This document shows positions 46,291-55,541 of a DNA stretch of 64,000 nt, piece by piece. This stretch comes from Pyrinomonadaceae bacterium. GTDB taxonomy: Bacteria > Acidobacteriota > Blastocatellia > Pyrinomonadales > Pyrinomonadaceae. The notes under the pieces were generated by a model. That model was given only the letters and a program-made list of their open reading frames with translations. It was not told the origin of the DNA and made no database searches. A program made the translations under genes and the position numbers. The DNA lies in assembly GCA_019186825.1 (NCBI GenBank), contig JABARP010000007.1, positions 15,813 to 79,812 on the forward strand, read 5' to 3'. Every line of letters begins with the position of its first letter. Position 1 is the first letter of the stretch.

Positions 46291-46306
46291 GCATATATAT
46301 AAATGC
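46291..46306. promoter_or_regulatory. AT-rich near-palindrome GCATATATATAAATGC, a candidate ArsR-family operator in the divergent intergenic region
   Basis: 14 of 16 positions are self-complementary. It sits at the -35 region of a putative arsR-family promoter (TAATAT on the minus strand) and overlaps the first possible start codon of the PLP enzyme gene. Confidence 0.35.
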
Positions 46307-47505
46307 AATCGGGACCACAACTACTTATGAAAAATAGCTCAATATTTACCAAGGCGGTCCACGCCGGACTGGATCGCAGCGAAAATCACGGGGCCCTTTC
46401 CGTGCCCATATATAATGCATCTGTTTTTGCGTTTGCTGATGCTGATGAGGCCGCAGCCATACACAACGAAGTAGTTCCGGGCTTCTATTACGGAAGGATC
46501 GGCAATCCTACAACGGCTGCCCTGGAAGCTGCGATCGCGGAGTTGGAGAATGCAGATGCCGGACTCGCATTTGCTTCAGGCATGGCAGCGATCTCAGCGG
46601 CTATCCTGACCACCGTCAAGGTTGGGGAGAACATTGTTGCTCCACGGTCGGGATATTCGACGACGCAGCATTTTTTGAAGTTCATAGAGACAGAATTCGG
46701 CATTCAAACGATCTTTGTGGATGCGACCGATGCAGGGGCATATGCCGACGCGGCAACCGATAGGACGAAAATGTTCCTAATCGAGACACCATCGAACCCG
46801 CTGCTCAACGTAACCGATCTGCGCGAAGTGGCCGAGATCGCGAAGAAGCGCGGGATCGTAACACTCGCGGATAACACTTTTGCTACGCCGTTCAATCAGC
46901 GGCCGGCCGAGTTTGGGATCGACATTGTAGTACACAGTGGAACAAAATACCTTGGCGGGCACAGCGATCTCACTGCAGGGCTTTTGGCAGGGCGTACCGA
47001 CCTGATAGAAAAAGCACGGCAGAAGGGGGCGAAATTGTTTGGAGGGAATATTGCTCCACAGGTCGCATGGTTGGTCCTCCGTGGCATCAAAACCCTTGCC
47101 CTACGAATGGAAAGGCATAACTCAAACGCATATGTGATCGCAAATATGTTGGCTTCCGACGAACGAGTTTATAAGGTGTATTACCCCGGAATGCCCTCGT
47201 ACGCTAATTATGAGATAGCGAAGGGGCAGATGGCTCCCGGCTTTGGCGGTATGGTCTCGTTCGATCTAGGCACGATAGAGCGGGGGCGGGCTTTTGTTAA
47301 CTCCGTGCGATTGTGTGCCTTGGCGACCTCATTGGGTGGCGTGGAGTCTATCGTTCAGCATTCGGCTTCAATGACGCATGCGACGCTTTCGCCTGAAGAG
47401 CGGGAGGCTGCCGGGATCAGTGATGGGCTTATCAGATTCTCTGTAGGGATCGAAGATATCGAGGATCTAAAGGCCGACATTCTCCAGGCCTTGGACAACG
47501 TCTAG
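46303..47505 (+). CDS. PLP-dependent Cys/Met metabolism enzyme (cystathionine gamma-synthase / gamma-lyase family)
   Basis: YGRIGNPTT, the PLP-lysine region HSGTKYLGGHSD and the C-terminal IRFSVGIEDIEDL are present. An alternative start is the ATG at 46327 (MKNSSIF). Confidence 0.85.
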   Translation: MQSGPQLLMKNSSIFTKAVHAGLDRSENHGALSVPIYNASVFAFADADEAAAIHNEVVPGFYYGRIGNPTTAALEAAIAELENADAGLAFASGMAAISAAILTTVKVGENIVAPRSGYSTTQHFLKFIETEFGIQTIFVDATDAGAYADAATDRTKMFLIETPSNPLLNVTDLREVAEIAKKRGIVTLADNTFATPFNQRPAEFGIDIVVHSGTKYLGGHSDLTAGLLAGRTDLIEKARQKGAKLFGGNIAPQVAWLVLRGIKTLALRMERHNSNAYVIANMLASDERVYKVYYPGMPSYANYEIAKGQMAPGFGGMVSFDLGTIERGRAFVNSVRLCALATSLGGVESIVQHSASMTHATLSPEEREAAGISDGLIRFSVGIEDIEDLKADILQALDNV

Positions 47506-47550
47506 CAAAAGCCACACAGAATGATATATATATGGCTAACCGTATATATT

Positions 47551-47584
47551 AAAAACAAAAAGGGCGACCCGCCGTCGAGTCGCC
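47551..47584 (-). terminator. Rho-independent terminator for the AAA+ gene
   Basis: On the minus strand: GGCGAC-TCGACGGCGG-GTCGCC followed by CTTTTTGTTTTT. Confidence 0.55.
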
Positions 47585-47617
47585 AATTGCCTGGTTGGAG
47601 AGATGTCTTTGAAAAGC

Positions 47618-48835
47618 TTACGCCTCTTCTGAGTCTTCACCGTCTTTTGACCGGCTCATCTGCGGTGCAGCTGCCACGGAAGGAAGCGGCACCCCGACGC
47701 CGTCAGCACTAACAAGAGGTTCCAGATCGATGTCGTGCCCTTCTTCGGGTTCTGCGATAATCATCTTACCCGACTGCTTGGTGAATATCAGCGATTCCTT
47801 TTCACGGTCGAAATCGACAAGTACGAGGTCGCCGGTCTCGACCTGTTCGGTCGCAACGAGGTTTGAGAGCGGATAAACAAGATAACGTTCGATCGCACGC
47901 TTGAGGTGGCGGGCTCCGTATTTAAGATCGATGCCCTCATTCAGCAAAAATTCTTTTGCCTTGTCGGAACATTCAAAAATGAACTTCGTGCCGGCAGATT
48001 CCGTGATCCGCTCTTGTACCGCCGCCAGCTCGATGTCGAGGATCTGGCGGAGGTGGTGTTCCTTTAAACTTCGGAAGACGACGACCTTGTCGATGCGGTT
48101 CATAAATTCCGGTGAGAATTTACGCTTCGCCGCTTCGAGTGCGGTTCGATAGATCTTTGTGTCGATCTCGTTATCTTCCTTGACCTTGTCCTGTTTTGTT
48201 GGAGCAAAGCCGATCCCGCCCGAGATCATATCGGACATCTCTCGTGCGCCGAGGTTCGAGGTCAGAATGACGACCGTCTTAGAGAAATCGACCCGACGAT
48301 TGTCACCAAGCGTCAGAGTTGCCTTGTCGAGGATGCCGAGTAGAAGCTGCCAGAGAGAATCAGAAGCCTTTTCGATCTCATCAAAAAGAATGAACGTGAG
48401 CTTATTATCCTCGGTGTGCGCCTTGTCGATATTCTCCTGAGTAAGCATAGGAGATGTCTCGCGATGGCCTAGATACCCCGGAGGCGATCCGATCAGCTTT
48501 GCGATCTCGTGTGAATGTTGGAATTCCGCACAATCGATCTTCACGACCGCATGCGGGTCATTGAAGAGAACCTCGGCGGCGGCCTCGACAACGCGAGTTT
48601 TTCCGGAGCCTGTCGGTCCCAAGAAGAGCATAGTGCCGATCGGCCGCGACGGATTGTTCATTCCGGCGAGATAGATCTGGAAAAGACCACTCATGCGCCG
48701 TACCGCTCGTTCCTGACCGACGATCAGACGCGAAAGACGATCTTCGAAGTCCGCAGCTTTCGGACTCTTGCGATCGGGGTCAAGTAAGATGCCCTTTGCC
48801 TCCACGTTTTTCTTTTTCGCTGCTTCCTTATTCAT
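47618..48835 (-). CDS. Stand-alone single-AAA+ Clp/Hsp100 D2-like ATPase with an IGF loop
   Basis: The ATG at 48835 lies 9 nt after a GGAG element. Walker A is FLGPTGSGKT and Walker B is ILFDEIEKA. Sensor-1 is LTSNLGA. GGIGFAPT sits at the position of the ClpA IGL loop. Sensor-2 is GARHLKRAIE within a D2-small domain. There is no N-domain, NBD1 or middle domain. Confidence 0.8.
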   Translation of the reverse strand: MNKEAAKKKNVEAKGILLDPDRKSPKAADFEDRLSRLIVGQERAVRRMSGLFQIYLAGMNNPSRPIGTMLFLGPTGSGKTRVVEAAAEVLFNDPHAVVKIDCAEFQHSHEIAKLIGSPPGYLGHRETSPMLTQENIDKAHTEDNKLTFILFDEIEKASDSLWQLLLGILDKATLTLGDNRRVDFSKTVVILTSNLGAREMSDMISGGIGFAPTKQDKVKEDNEIDTKIYRTALEAAKRKFSPEFMNRIDKVVVFRSLKEHHLRQILDIELAAVQERITESAGTKFIFECSDKAKEFLLNEGIDLKYGARHLKRAIERYLVYPLSNLVATEQVETGDLVLVDFDREKESLIFTKQSGKMIIAEPEEGHDIDLEPLVSADGVGVPLPSVAAAPQMSRSKDGEDSEEA

Positions 48836-49137
48836 TTGCTGTAACTCCAAAATGCCTAAGCCATTATAAAGATCCGAAACGACCTCGAACTAATGGAGAC
48901 TCAATTTGACTACACTAGTTGAGCAAGACGTTTCCGTCCTCACTAATGATGATTTCAATTTGTTATTAGTTGGCTGATTCACGCCGGTCAAGCATCCCGC
49001 GTGATCAAAAGAGTTTATGGAACAAGCATGGAGACCCATTCCATTCCTAGAATTAACATACAACGCGAAATCAAAGCAAGCACATCGTGCAATTTTTCCG
49101 GAAAAGAAGAAGTGATCGTCGTATAGCAAGGATCCCG

Positions 49138-50454
49138 CTACTCGTAATACTCACGGCCGAGGTGCGTGATCATATCCTCACCCTTCAGATGCCGCAGCGT
49201 GTTCTTTAGCTTCATTAGCTGAATGAAGAGATCGTGTTCCGGATAAAGACCCGGTGCGGTCTGCGGTGCCTTGAAATAGAACGACAGCCATTCCTGAATT
49301 CCTTTCATTCCGGAACGCTGGGCGAGGTCCATAAAGATCGCAAGGTCGAGAGCCAGCGGGGCTGCAAGTATCGAATCGCGGCAGAGAAAGTCGATCTTTA
49401 TCTGCATCTTGTACCCGAGCCAGCCGAAGATATCGATGTTGTCCCAGCCCTCCTTATTATCTCCACGCGGCGGATAATAGTTGATCCTTACGACGTGAGA
49501 AAAATCTCCGTAGAGGTCCGGATAAACTTCTGTCTGCAGAATATGTTCGAGTACGGAAAGTTTCGATTCCTCTTTGGTCTTGAAGTTCTCCGGGTCGTCA
49601 AGCACCTCACCGTCCCGATTGCCGAGGATGTTTGTGGAGTACCAACCGTCGAGGCCGAGCATACGTGCCTTCAGGCCCGGAGCGATGATGGTCTTCATCA
49701 ATGTCTGGCCGGTCTTGAAATCTTTACCGCAAATGGGAACGTTGTGCTGTTCGGCTAACTGTACGATGGCAGGGATATCTACCGTCAGATTCGGAGCACC
49801 ATTTGCGAAAGGAACGCCGGATTTGATGGCCGCATACGCATAGATCATTGACGGGGCAATGTTCGGGTCGCTGTCGTAGAGGCCCTTTTCGAAAGCCTCG
49901 ACCGATCTGTGAACATCGGTCTCTTCGATATAGATCTCGGTCGACGCCGCCCATACCATCACGAGCCGCGCGCAATTCTTCTCCGTTTTGAATCTGGCAA
50001 TGTCCGCGATCAGTTGCTCGGCAAGGTCCATCTTGGACTTACCGGTCTTCACGTTATTGCCGTGAATACGCTTGACCCACTTTTGCTCGAACACCGCAGG
50101 CATCGGCGAAAGGGCTGCGAGCGGTTCGCCTATCTGGTCAAGAAGCGAGCGATCAAGTACCCCGGCATTTGTTGCCGAATCGAACGCGTTATCTGTGAAA
50201 ATATCCCATGCGCCGAAGACAATATCGTCGAGCGAGGCGAGCGGAACAAAATCCTTGATAAACGGCGAATTATTGTCGGTCCGTTTGCCTAAACGGATCG
50301 TGCCCATTTGTGTAAGGCTGCCGACCGGCTGCGAAAGTCCACGCTTTACTGCCTCAACGCCTGCAATGAGCGTCGTGCTGACGGCGCCGAGGCCGACCAT
50401 CAAGATACCAAGTCTTCCGTCTGCGGGCGCAATTTCTACGCCATTATCTGCCAT
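49138..50454 (-). CDS. ino1: myo-Inositol-1-phosphate synthase
   Basis: AGGAGA Shine-Dalgarno-like element upstream. 438 aa. The Rossmann N-terminus is LGILMVGLGAVSTTLIAG. The pattern is MIPS-like (GKDFKTGQT..K, NILGNRDG). Confidence 0.85.
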   Translation of the reverse strand: MADNGVEIAPADGRLGILMVGLGAVSTTLIAGVEAVKRGLSQPVGSLTQMGTIRLGKRTDNNSPFIKDFVPLASLDDIVFGAWDIFTDNAFDSATNAGVLDRSLLDQIGEPLAALSPMPAVFEQKWVKRIHGNNVKTGKSKMDLAEQLIADIARFKTEKNCARLVMVWAASTEIYIEETDVHRSVEAFEKGLYDSDPNIAPSMIYAYAAIKSGVPFANGAPNLTVDIPAIVQLAEQHNVPICGKDFKTGQTLMKTIIAPGLKARMLGLDGWYSTNILGNRDGEVLDDPENFKTKEESKLSVLEHILQTEVYPDLYGDFSHVVRINYYPPRGDNKEGWDNIDIFGWLGYKMQIKIDFLCRDSILAAPLALDLAIFMDLAQRSGMKGIQEWLSFYFKAPQTAPGLYPEHDLFIQLMKLKNTLRHLKGEDMITHLGREYYE

Positions 50455-50536
50455 GAATTTCTCCTATAGGTCTAAAAAAATGATATAGCCCGCAAATACG
50501 TAAGGCAAGTAAACCCAACGAATAGAGGTCGAAGGT

Positions 50537-50560
50537 GCCTTTATCGCGAACGATAAAGGC
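50537..50560 (-). terminator. Perfect 10-bp hairpin with a UUCG loop straddling the GH57 stop codon
   Basis: On the minus strand: GCCTTTATCG-TTCG-CGATAAAGGC. The stop codon TAA (50541-50543) lies inside the 3' arm. No clear U-tract follows. Confidence 0.35.
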
Positions 50561-52142
50561 GAAAATCGAGCTCTTGGAAGATATTGTCGCGGGTGGCGAT
50601 CTCGTTGAAGAGTTCGTGGTCGATGGTGCCGGATTCGAGCATATCGGCGAGTAAGCTGAACCGTTGGATGTGCGATTCGAAGCGTCGGGTCGAGTACTGG
50701 ACGGTCGTGCCCTGATAGATCTGGAAGGCCCAGTCGGATGACTGTGCGAGCAGGAGCTCGCGGGCCATCTGGTCAAGGATCCGAGCCTGCTCTTTGGTTG
50801 CGTCGGCCCCGAATCTATTTGCAAGTGCGGTCATACGCCTTTCGGCGTCGTGCTGATACGGATACATCCAGGAGTTTCTTTCATTCAGCCAAACTTTGTA
50901 ATAACCGGCTTCGCCCCAGGACGATGCTATCGGTTGCTGCACCTGGATCGGCAGGCCGGAATCGAGGAAATCACCCGGCGTTATGCATTCGATATCGTCC
51001 TGGTCGAAATGGATCTTCTTAAAGAAGAAGTCGATGAACTGCGGACCTTCGTACCACCAATGGCCATATAGTTCCGCCTCATAGGGCGAGACCACCAGAG
51101 GCGGGTGGCCCTCAAATGTCTCGCGGAGTTTTTTCGCCTGCTCGATACGTTTGCCGATAAAATCCGAAGCGTCGTCTGACGCACGTTGGCGTGCGAGCGA
51201 AGGGATGTATGGCAGCTTTTTGTCCTGAGGCGTGCCTTTCGGCGAGATACGATGATATTTCAGTCCAAGGTGGCGCCGTCCGCCGTCGGAATGCAGGTGC
51301 GGCAGCAGATACTCAAGCGGTGCATCCCAACCGATGTCGCGGTAGAACTCTCGATAGAGTTGGTTGCCCGGATAGCCCGCTTCGGCTGACCAAACCTGTC
51401 GGCTTGTATCTACATCACGAGCAAAAACAGCGACGCCATTTGGACAAACCACCGGAGCGTGCACTCCGTATTTCGGCCGCGGGCTACCGTAGAGTATCGC
51501 GTGCGTGTCGGAGACGAAATACTCAATACCGTTCGCTTTCAAGAGATCTTCCGCACCGTTTTCGTACGCGCACTCTGCAAGCCAAATTCCGCGCGGCTGA
51601 CGGCCGAAGTGTTTCCGGTAGTTATTGACAGCGATCTCTATCTGAGCGTTCTTTGCTTCGGGCGTTGAGATGAGCGGCAGAAAGCCGTGCGTTGCCGCGC
51701 ATGTGATGATCTCGATCACACCCTCGTCATTAAGTTCGCGGAATGCGGTTAGCAGGTTTCGCTTATAGCGATCATTCCACAACGAGTGCGACGCTGTAAG
51801 ATTTTCGACGTACATTTGAGCGACGTCATGAAATTCCGCGGCTTCGCTGCGCGTGCGAACCTCTTCTTTTCTAGCTAGATCGATGAGGTTTTCGAGGTGA
51901 GCAGTATAACGCGTCTGAAGCAGCTCGTCCGCAAGCATTTCGCAGAGCGGTGGTGAGATGTTCATCGCGAGCCTCGGGCTGGCCCCGGACTCGTGTAGCG
52001 ATTGGAAGATGAAGATCAGCGGGAGATAGACCTCAGTGATCGCCTCGTAAAGCCAATCTTCTTCCAGAAATTCCGGATATTCCGGATGCCGCACAAACGG
52101 GAGGTGTGCGTGCAGGATCAGGCTGAAATATCCAAGCGGCAT
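50541..52142 (-). CDS. GH57-family 1,4-alpha-glucan branching enzyme
   Basis: The N-terminus is GYFSLILHAHLPFVRHPEYPEFLEEDWLYEAITEVYLPL. ITCAATHGFLPL and WLAECAY are present. 533 aa. Confidence 0.85.
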   Translation of the reverse strand: MPLGYFSLILHAHLPFVRHPEYPEFLEEDWLYEAITEVYLPLIFIFQSLHESGASPRLAMNISPPLCEMLADELLQTRYTAHLENLIDLARKEEVRTRSEAAEFHDVAQMYVENLTASHSLWNDRYKRNLLTAFRELNDEGVIEIITCAATHGFLPLISTPEAKNAQIEIAVNNYRKHFGRQPRGIWLAECAYENGAEDLLKANGIEYFVSDTHAILYGSPRPKYGVHAPVVCPNGVAVFARDVDTSRQVWSAEAGYPGNQLYREFYRDIGWDAPLEYLLPHLHSDGGRRHLGLKYHRISPKGTPQDKKLPYIPSLARQRASDDASDFIGKRIEQAKKLRETFEGHPPLVVSPYEAELYGHWWYEGPQFIDFFFKKIHFDQDDIECITPGDFLDSGLPIQVQQPIASSWGEAGYYKVWLNERNSWMYPYQHDAERRMTALANRFGADATKEQARILDQMARELLLAQSSDWAFQIYQGTTVQYSTRRFESHIQRFSLLADMLESGTIDHELFNEIATRDNIFQELDFRLYRSR

Positions 52143-52153
52143 AGAATGTCGGC

Positions 52154-53485
52154 TTAACGAAGTGCGAACGAACTAACCGGATTGTATCTCGGCGAATACG
52201 CGGGCACGCGCTTTGCGCGTAGGCGTTTCGGGAAGTTCAGGCGGCTGCCGCCGATCGATGTGAATTCCGGTTCGTCTTCAGTCCAGCCCGAGTCGTCAAC
52301 CTCGAAATGCTCGGCGAGTACGCCGCGCGCGGATGCGGGGTCGATCTTCGAAGCACTTGCTTCGAGCAGGCTGAACAAGGCACTTCCAATACGGTTGCGA
52401 AGCTGCACAAGGGACGTGCCGGCAGCAAGCGAAAGCAAAGCGTATCGGATATCGTCATGTGAAATACCGTTGAGCGAAGCATTCGTATTTCCGATCAAGC
52501 CCGCTAACGCACGCTCGCTGCGATCCATCGCTCCGTAGGGATCATCGCCGACCATCGCGACATCGAATGCATCCCGCTGGAATCCGGAAACATCGAGGAC
52601 CTGTGCGAATTTGTTCGCAGAGATACGCCATTCCGCGTCCTTTGCAGGCATAGGGCTTGGTCCACGACGGGGAGTTTCAATCGTGTTCGAATAGACGATC
52701 CGAAAATACGGGCGGCTCGGAGAATAGAATCCGATCTCTGCCGAATATCTGCCGTCCGGTTCGACCTCGAACCACCAATTGCCTTCACGTTCAACACGAT
52801 GGATCTCCTCGATATCGCGCGAAAGGTCCTTTAGCTTTAGGACAAGCATATAGCTTGCAGAGCCAGACTCGCCGAATGTCCTATGGATCTGCTGCCACGG
52901 ATCTTCCTTCAGCGACCAATAGAAATAAAGTCTTGTCGGCGATTGCATCAAAAGTCGGGCTCGATTTTGCCGTCTGACCTTTGGTAGTTCGACATCTGCC
53001 AGGAGGTTGAAAGCACGCGACCGCTCGATAACTTCCGGTTCCGCGGGTGTCTTGACGACCTCGGCAGTTGGCGGATGTAATTCAGGTGCCTTTGCGGCGC
53101 GCTTTCTCGTCTTGGTCGCGGGTTTTACGGCCGTTTTTGGAGTAGCGGCCTTAATGGCCCTCGTTTTTGTCGCAGCCTTTGCAGCCTGCTTCTTTGGCGT
53201 CGTCTCAACAGACTTTACCTCTTCGGCAGGTGTGGCAACCGCGGTAGCAGCCTTTTCTTTCGCCTTTATCACCTTGATCTTTCTGACCGGCTTCGCGGGT
53301 TCTTCAACAGTCTTCGCAAACGCGGCTTCCCGTTCTTCTGCCTTTGAAGCGGTCTTCGCGGTCCTTGGTTTACGCGGGGAAGTGGCTTTTTTCCGAGGCG
53401 CGGGCGTATCCACCGTCGACTCGAAAGGATCGGCAGCGCTTATTGCGGATGGTTCAGACGTAAGTTTTTCAGCTTTCTTCGGCAT
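52154..53485 (-). CDS. DUF4912-domain protein with a Lys/Ala/Pro/Thr-rich basic N-terminal region
   Basis: The N-terminal ~150 aa are basic and low-complexity (AKAATKTRAIKAATPKTAVKPATKTRKRAAKAP). The C-terminal region is DUF4912-like (LLMQSPTRLYFYWSL...). The gene ends 11 nt upstream of the GH57 gene. Confidence 0.65.
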   Translation of the reverse strand: MPKKAEKLTSEPSAISAADPFESTVDTPAPRKKATSPRKPRTAKTASKAEEREAAFAKTVEEPAKPVRKIKVIKAKEKAATAVATPAEEVKSVETTPKKQAAKAATKTRAIKAATPKTAVKPATKTRKRAAKAPELHPPTAEVVKTPAEPEVIERSRAFNLLADVELPKVRRQNRARLLMQSPTRLYFYWSLKEDPWQQIHRTFGESGSASYMLVLKLKDLSRDIEEIHRVEREGNWWFEVEPDGRYSAEIGFYSPSRPYFRIVYSNTIETPRRGPSPMPAKDAEWRISANKFAQVLDVSGFQRDAFDVAMVGDDPYGAMDRSERALAGLIGNTNASLNGISHDDIRYALLSLAAGTSLVQLRNRIGSALFSLLEASASKIDPASARGVLAEHFEVDDSGWTEDEPEFTSIGGSRLNFPKRLRAKRVPAYSPRYNPVSSFALR

Positions 53486-53554
53486 ACGAACAACAAAAAA
53501 ACAGTATGCGGTTCTTTACGCCGAGATTCAAGAAAGATGTTGATTTTTGGAGAG

Positions 53555-54340
53555 CTAGTCGTCGTTCGGGTCCTGGATTCGAATGTCGAACTTGCCGTAT
53601 TTGAATTTTACGACAGCTCGGACAGGCGTGCGTAGCGGGTTGTCGGCGAGCCATATCGTCATGCTGCCTTTGCCCTCAATAAGGCGGTTTGGCCCAAAGA
53701 TCTCGGGCACGATACGGAAGCACCAAAGTTTGCCGATCTCGGTCTTTTGCCGTTCGCGTCGTACAACAGCCACCGGGATCGAGTAGATGAGGCCGGAGTC
53801 ACTAACCTGGATATTGAACTTATCTCCGACCTTTAGCGGCATCATTCGGATCCGATACGCGGCCGACGACAGGTCGTTCATCGGTGCCAAGAGGTCAGAG
53901 GCGATGCGTCGCGGGGGCCGGGTTGGCTCGTTCGGGTCGCTTTCGATGAAAGTAACCCGTTTTTCTGCGTAGTTAAAATCGGCGATGCTGTCGCGGATCC
54001 TTTCACGCTGGACGTCGTGCTTTTTTGTCGCGATCACGTTAAATGTCGCCGGATCGACCGTTGTTTCGTAATTCTGAAGGAACGAAAAGCGAAAAAGGCG
54101 GGCAAGCGTTCCTTTTGAGTTCGCATCGGCCCGGATCAGATATTTGTCACCGACACGGTCGAATGAGAATTTGACGTCAGCGATGGCGATGCCCTGAATG
54201 ATCTTGCTGACCTTGCCCTCAAAAAGGAGCTTTTCGCCGACAAAAGACTCCGCCGTAGGGAGCTGCTGAGCTGCCGCAAAACTACACACCGCAAGCGTGA
54301 TAAGGATGAGACTTGCCGCTCTCGCGATTGCTTTGTTCAT
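53555..54340 (-). CDS. DUF3108-domain protein
   Basis: The ATG at 54340 gives a signal peptide (MNKAIARAASLILITLAVCSFAAAQ). The pattern is DUF3108-like (EKLLFEGKVSKI...IADVKFSF...TIWLADNPLRTPVR). Confidence 0.6.
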   Translation of the reverse strand: MNKAIARAASLILITLAVCSFAAAQQLPTAESFVGEKLLFEGKVSKIIQGIAIADVKFSFDRVGDKYLIRADANSKGTLARLFRFSFLQNYETTVDPATFNVIATKKHDVQRERIRDSIADFNYAEKRVTFIESDPNEPTRPPRRIASDLLAPMNDLSSAAYRIRMMPLKVGDKFNIQVSDSGLIYSIPVAVVRRERQKTEIGKLWCFRIVPEIFGPNRLIEGKGSMTIWLADNPLRTPVRAVVKFKYGKFDIRIQDPNDD

Positions 54341-54437
54341 CAGGTGAAAATTCCTCGGGACCAGATTCTTAGAAATGTCAGCAAGTATGAGTATAACGGA
54401 TTCGGCCGCAATTGGTACCAAAGTTTATTGACGCTGA

Positions 54438-55493
54438 TCAGCGGCGATTCGTTGCTTTTGTTTCGGTTCGCATCCGCTTTTGAACAGCTTCAAAGACGGT
54501 TTCAACAGGTATGTCCATACAGATCCAGTTCGAGCAAGTACGCCGATGACAATCTACGCGGCAGCCAATATCGGTACGCTCGACGCAAATGTCGTCGGGG
54601 TTGAGGCTCCCATTCCGCCACCACTCGGTGGGTCCGAAGATCCCAACGACAGGTGCTCCTGCCGCGATCGCAAGGTGCGTCGGGCCAGTGTCACCGCCCA
54701 CATAAACGGCCGCTCGCCTTGCAAGCTCATAAAAGCCTTTCAGGCTCGGTTCAGCAAATATCGTGCGTTCGGATCGAGAGTTTGCACGGACGGCGGCAGC
54801 GAGTTCACCCTCGTTCGGGCCGGTCACGACGATCGGCGTTAGGTCAAGTTCGCCATCCAACCTGTCAGCAAGCCTTCCGAAGTCAGCCGCTTGCCATAAC
54901 TTCGTAACCCAGCCGCCAGCCGGATTCAGGATCGCGAAGGCTCGTCCACCTGCCCTTGCGATCAGAGTTTCCACCTCTTTGCGATGCTCGTCACCCGTCG
55001 CGATCGGGAATTCGACCTCGGAATCAGCCTCAAAACCGAGAGCTGCAGCCGCCAAGGCAAGATTTTTCCTAATGACGTGTATCTTCGGCTCTGTCGTCAC
55101 CGTGTCGGTGTAAAAGATGCGTCCAGCGGGCTCGCGCAACCCCTTTTTGTCGAACCCCCAACGCTTTTTCGCCGCGGAGACTTGTGTTGCGACCGCAGAT
55201 TTGATAAGGCCTTGCAAGTCGATCGCGACGTCGTATTTTGAACGGCGGATCAGGCGTGCCTGGCGTGACATCTCGATCAGAATATTTTCGATCGTCTTTC
55301 CACCTTTGAAAGAGCGTGTATCAACCTCGATCAGATCATCGACCAGGGGATTTCCGCGTAAGATCTCGGCGGAACGCTGTTCTGCTACCCAGGAAACGCG
55401 CGAGTCGGGCAAATGCCGTTTGATGGCGGCAAGCACCGGCAGGGAATGGATGATATCGCCGATCGCACTAAGACGAACGATGAGAATATTCAC
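54438..55493 (-). CDS. GT9-family glycosyltransferase (LPS heptosyltransferase-like)
   Basis: The N-terminus is MNILIVRLSAIGDIIHSLPVLAAIKRHLP. The C-terminus contains YVGGDTGPTHLAIAAG. Confidence 0.85.
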   Translation of the reverse strand: MNILIVRLSAIGDIIHSLPVLAAIKRHLPDSRVSWVAEQRSAEILRGNPLVDDLIEVDTRSFKGGKTIENILIEMSRQARLIRRSKYDVAIDLQGLIKSAVATQVSAAKKRWGFDKKGLREPAGRIFYTDTVTTEPKIHVIRKNLALAAAALGFEADSEVEFPIATGDEHRKEVETLIARAGGRAFAILNPAGGWVTKLWQAADFGRLADRLDGELDLTPIVVTGPNEGELAAAVRANSRSERTIFAEPSLKGFYELARRAAVYVGGDTGPTHLAIAAGAPVVGIFGPTEWWRNGSLNPDDICVERTDIGCRVDCHRRTCSNWICMDIPVETVFEAVQKRMRTETKATNRR

Positions 55494-55541
55494 GAGTTAT
55501 ATCGTAATGTGGTGAGGCCGAAAATGCACCCTTTCTAACGA

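Noticed and set aside
48851-49137. A CIRCE or other heat-shock operator upstream of the Clp-like AAA+ gene, and ORF 48890..49129 (79 aa).
   Set aside because: No TTAGCACTC-N9-GAGTGCTAA-like inverted repeat is present. The 79-aa ORF has no ribosome-binding site and a Cys/Ser/Asn-rich composition typical of AT-rich noncoding DNA.
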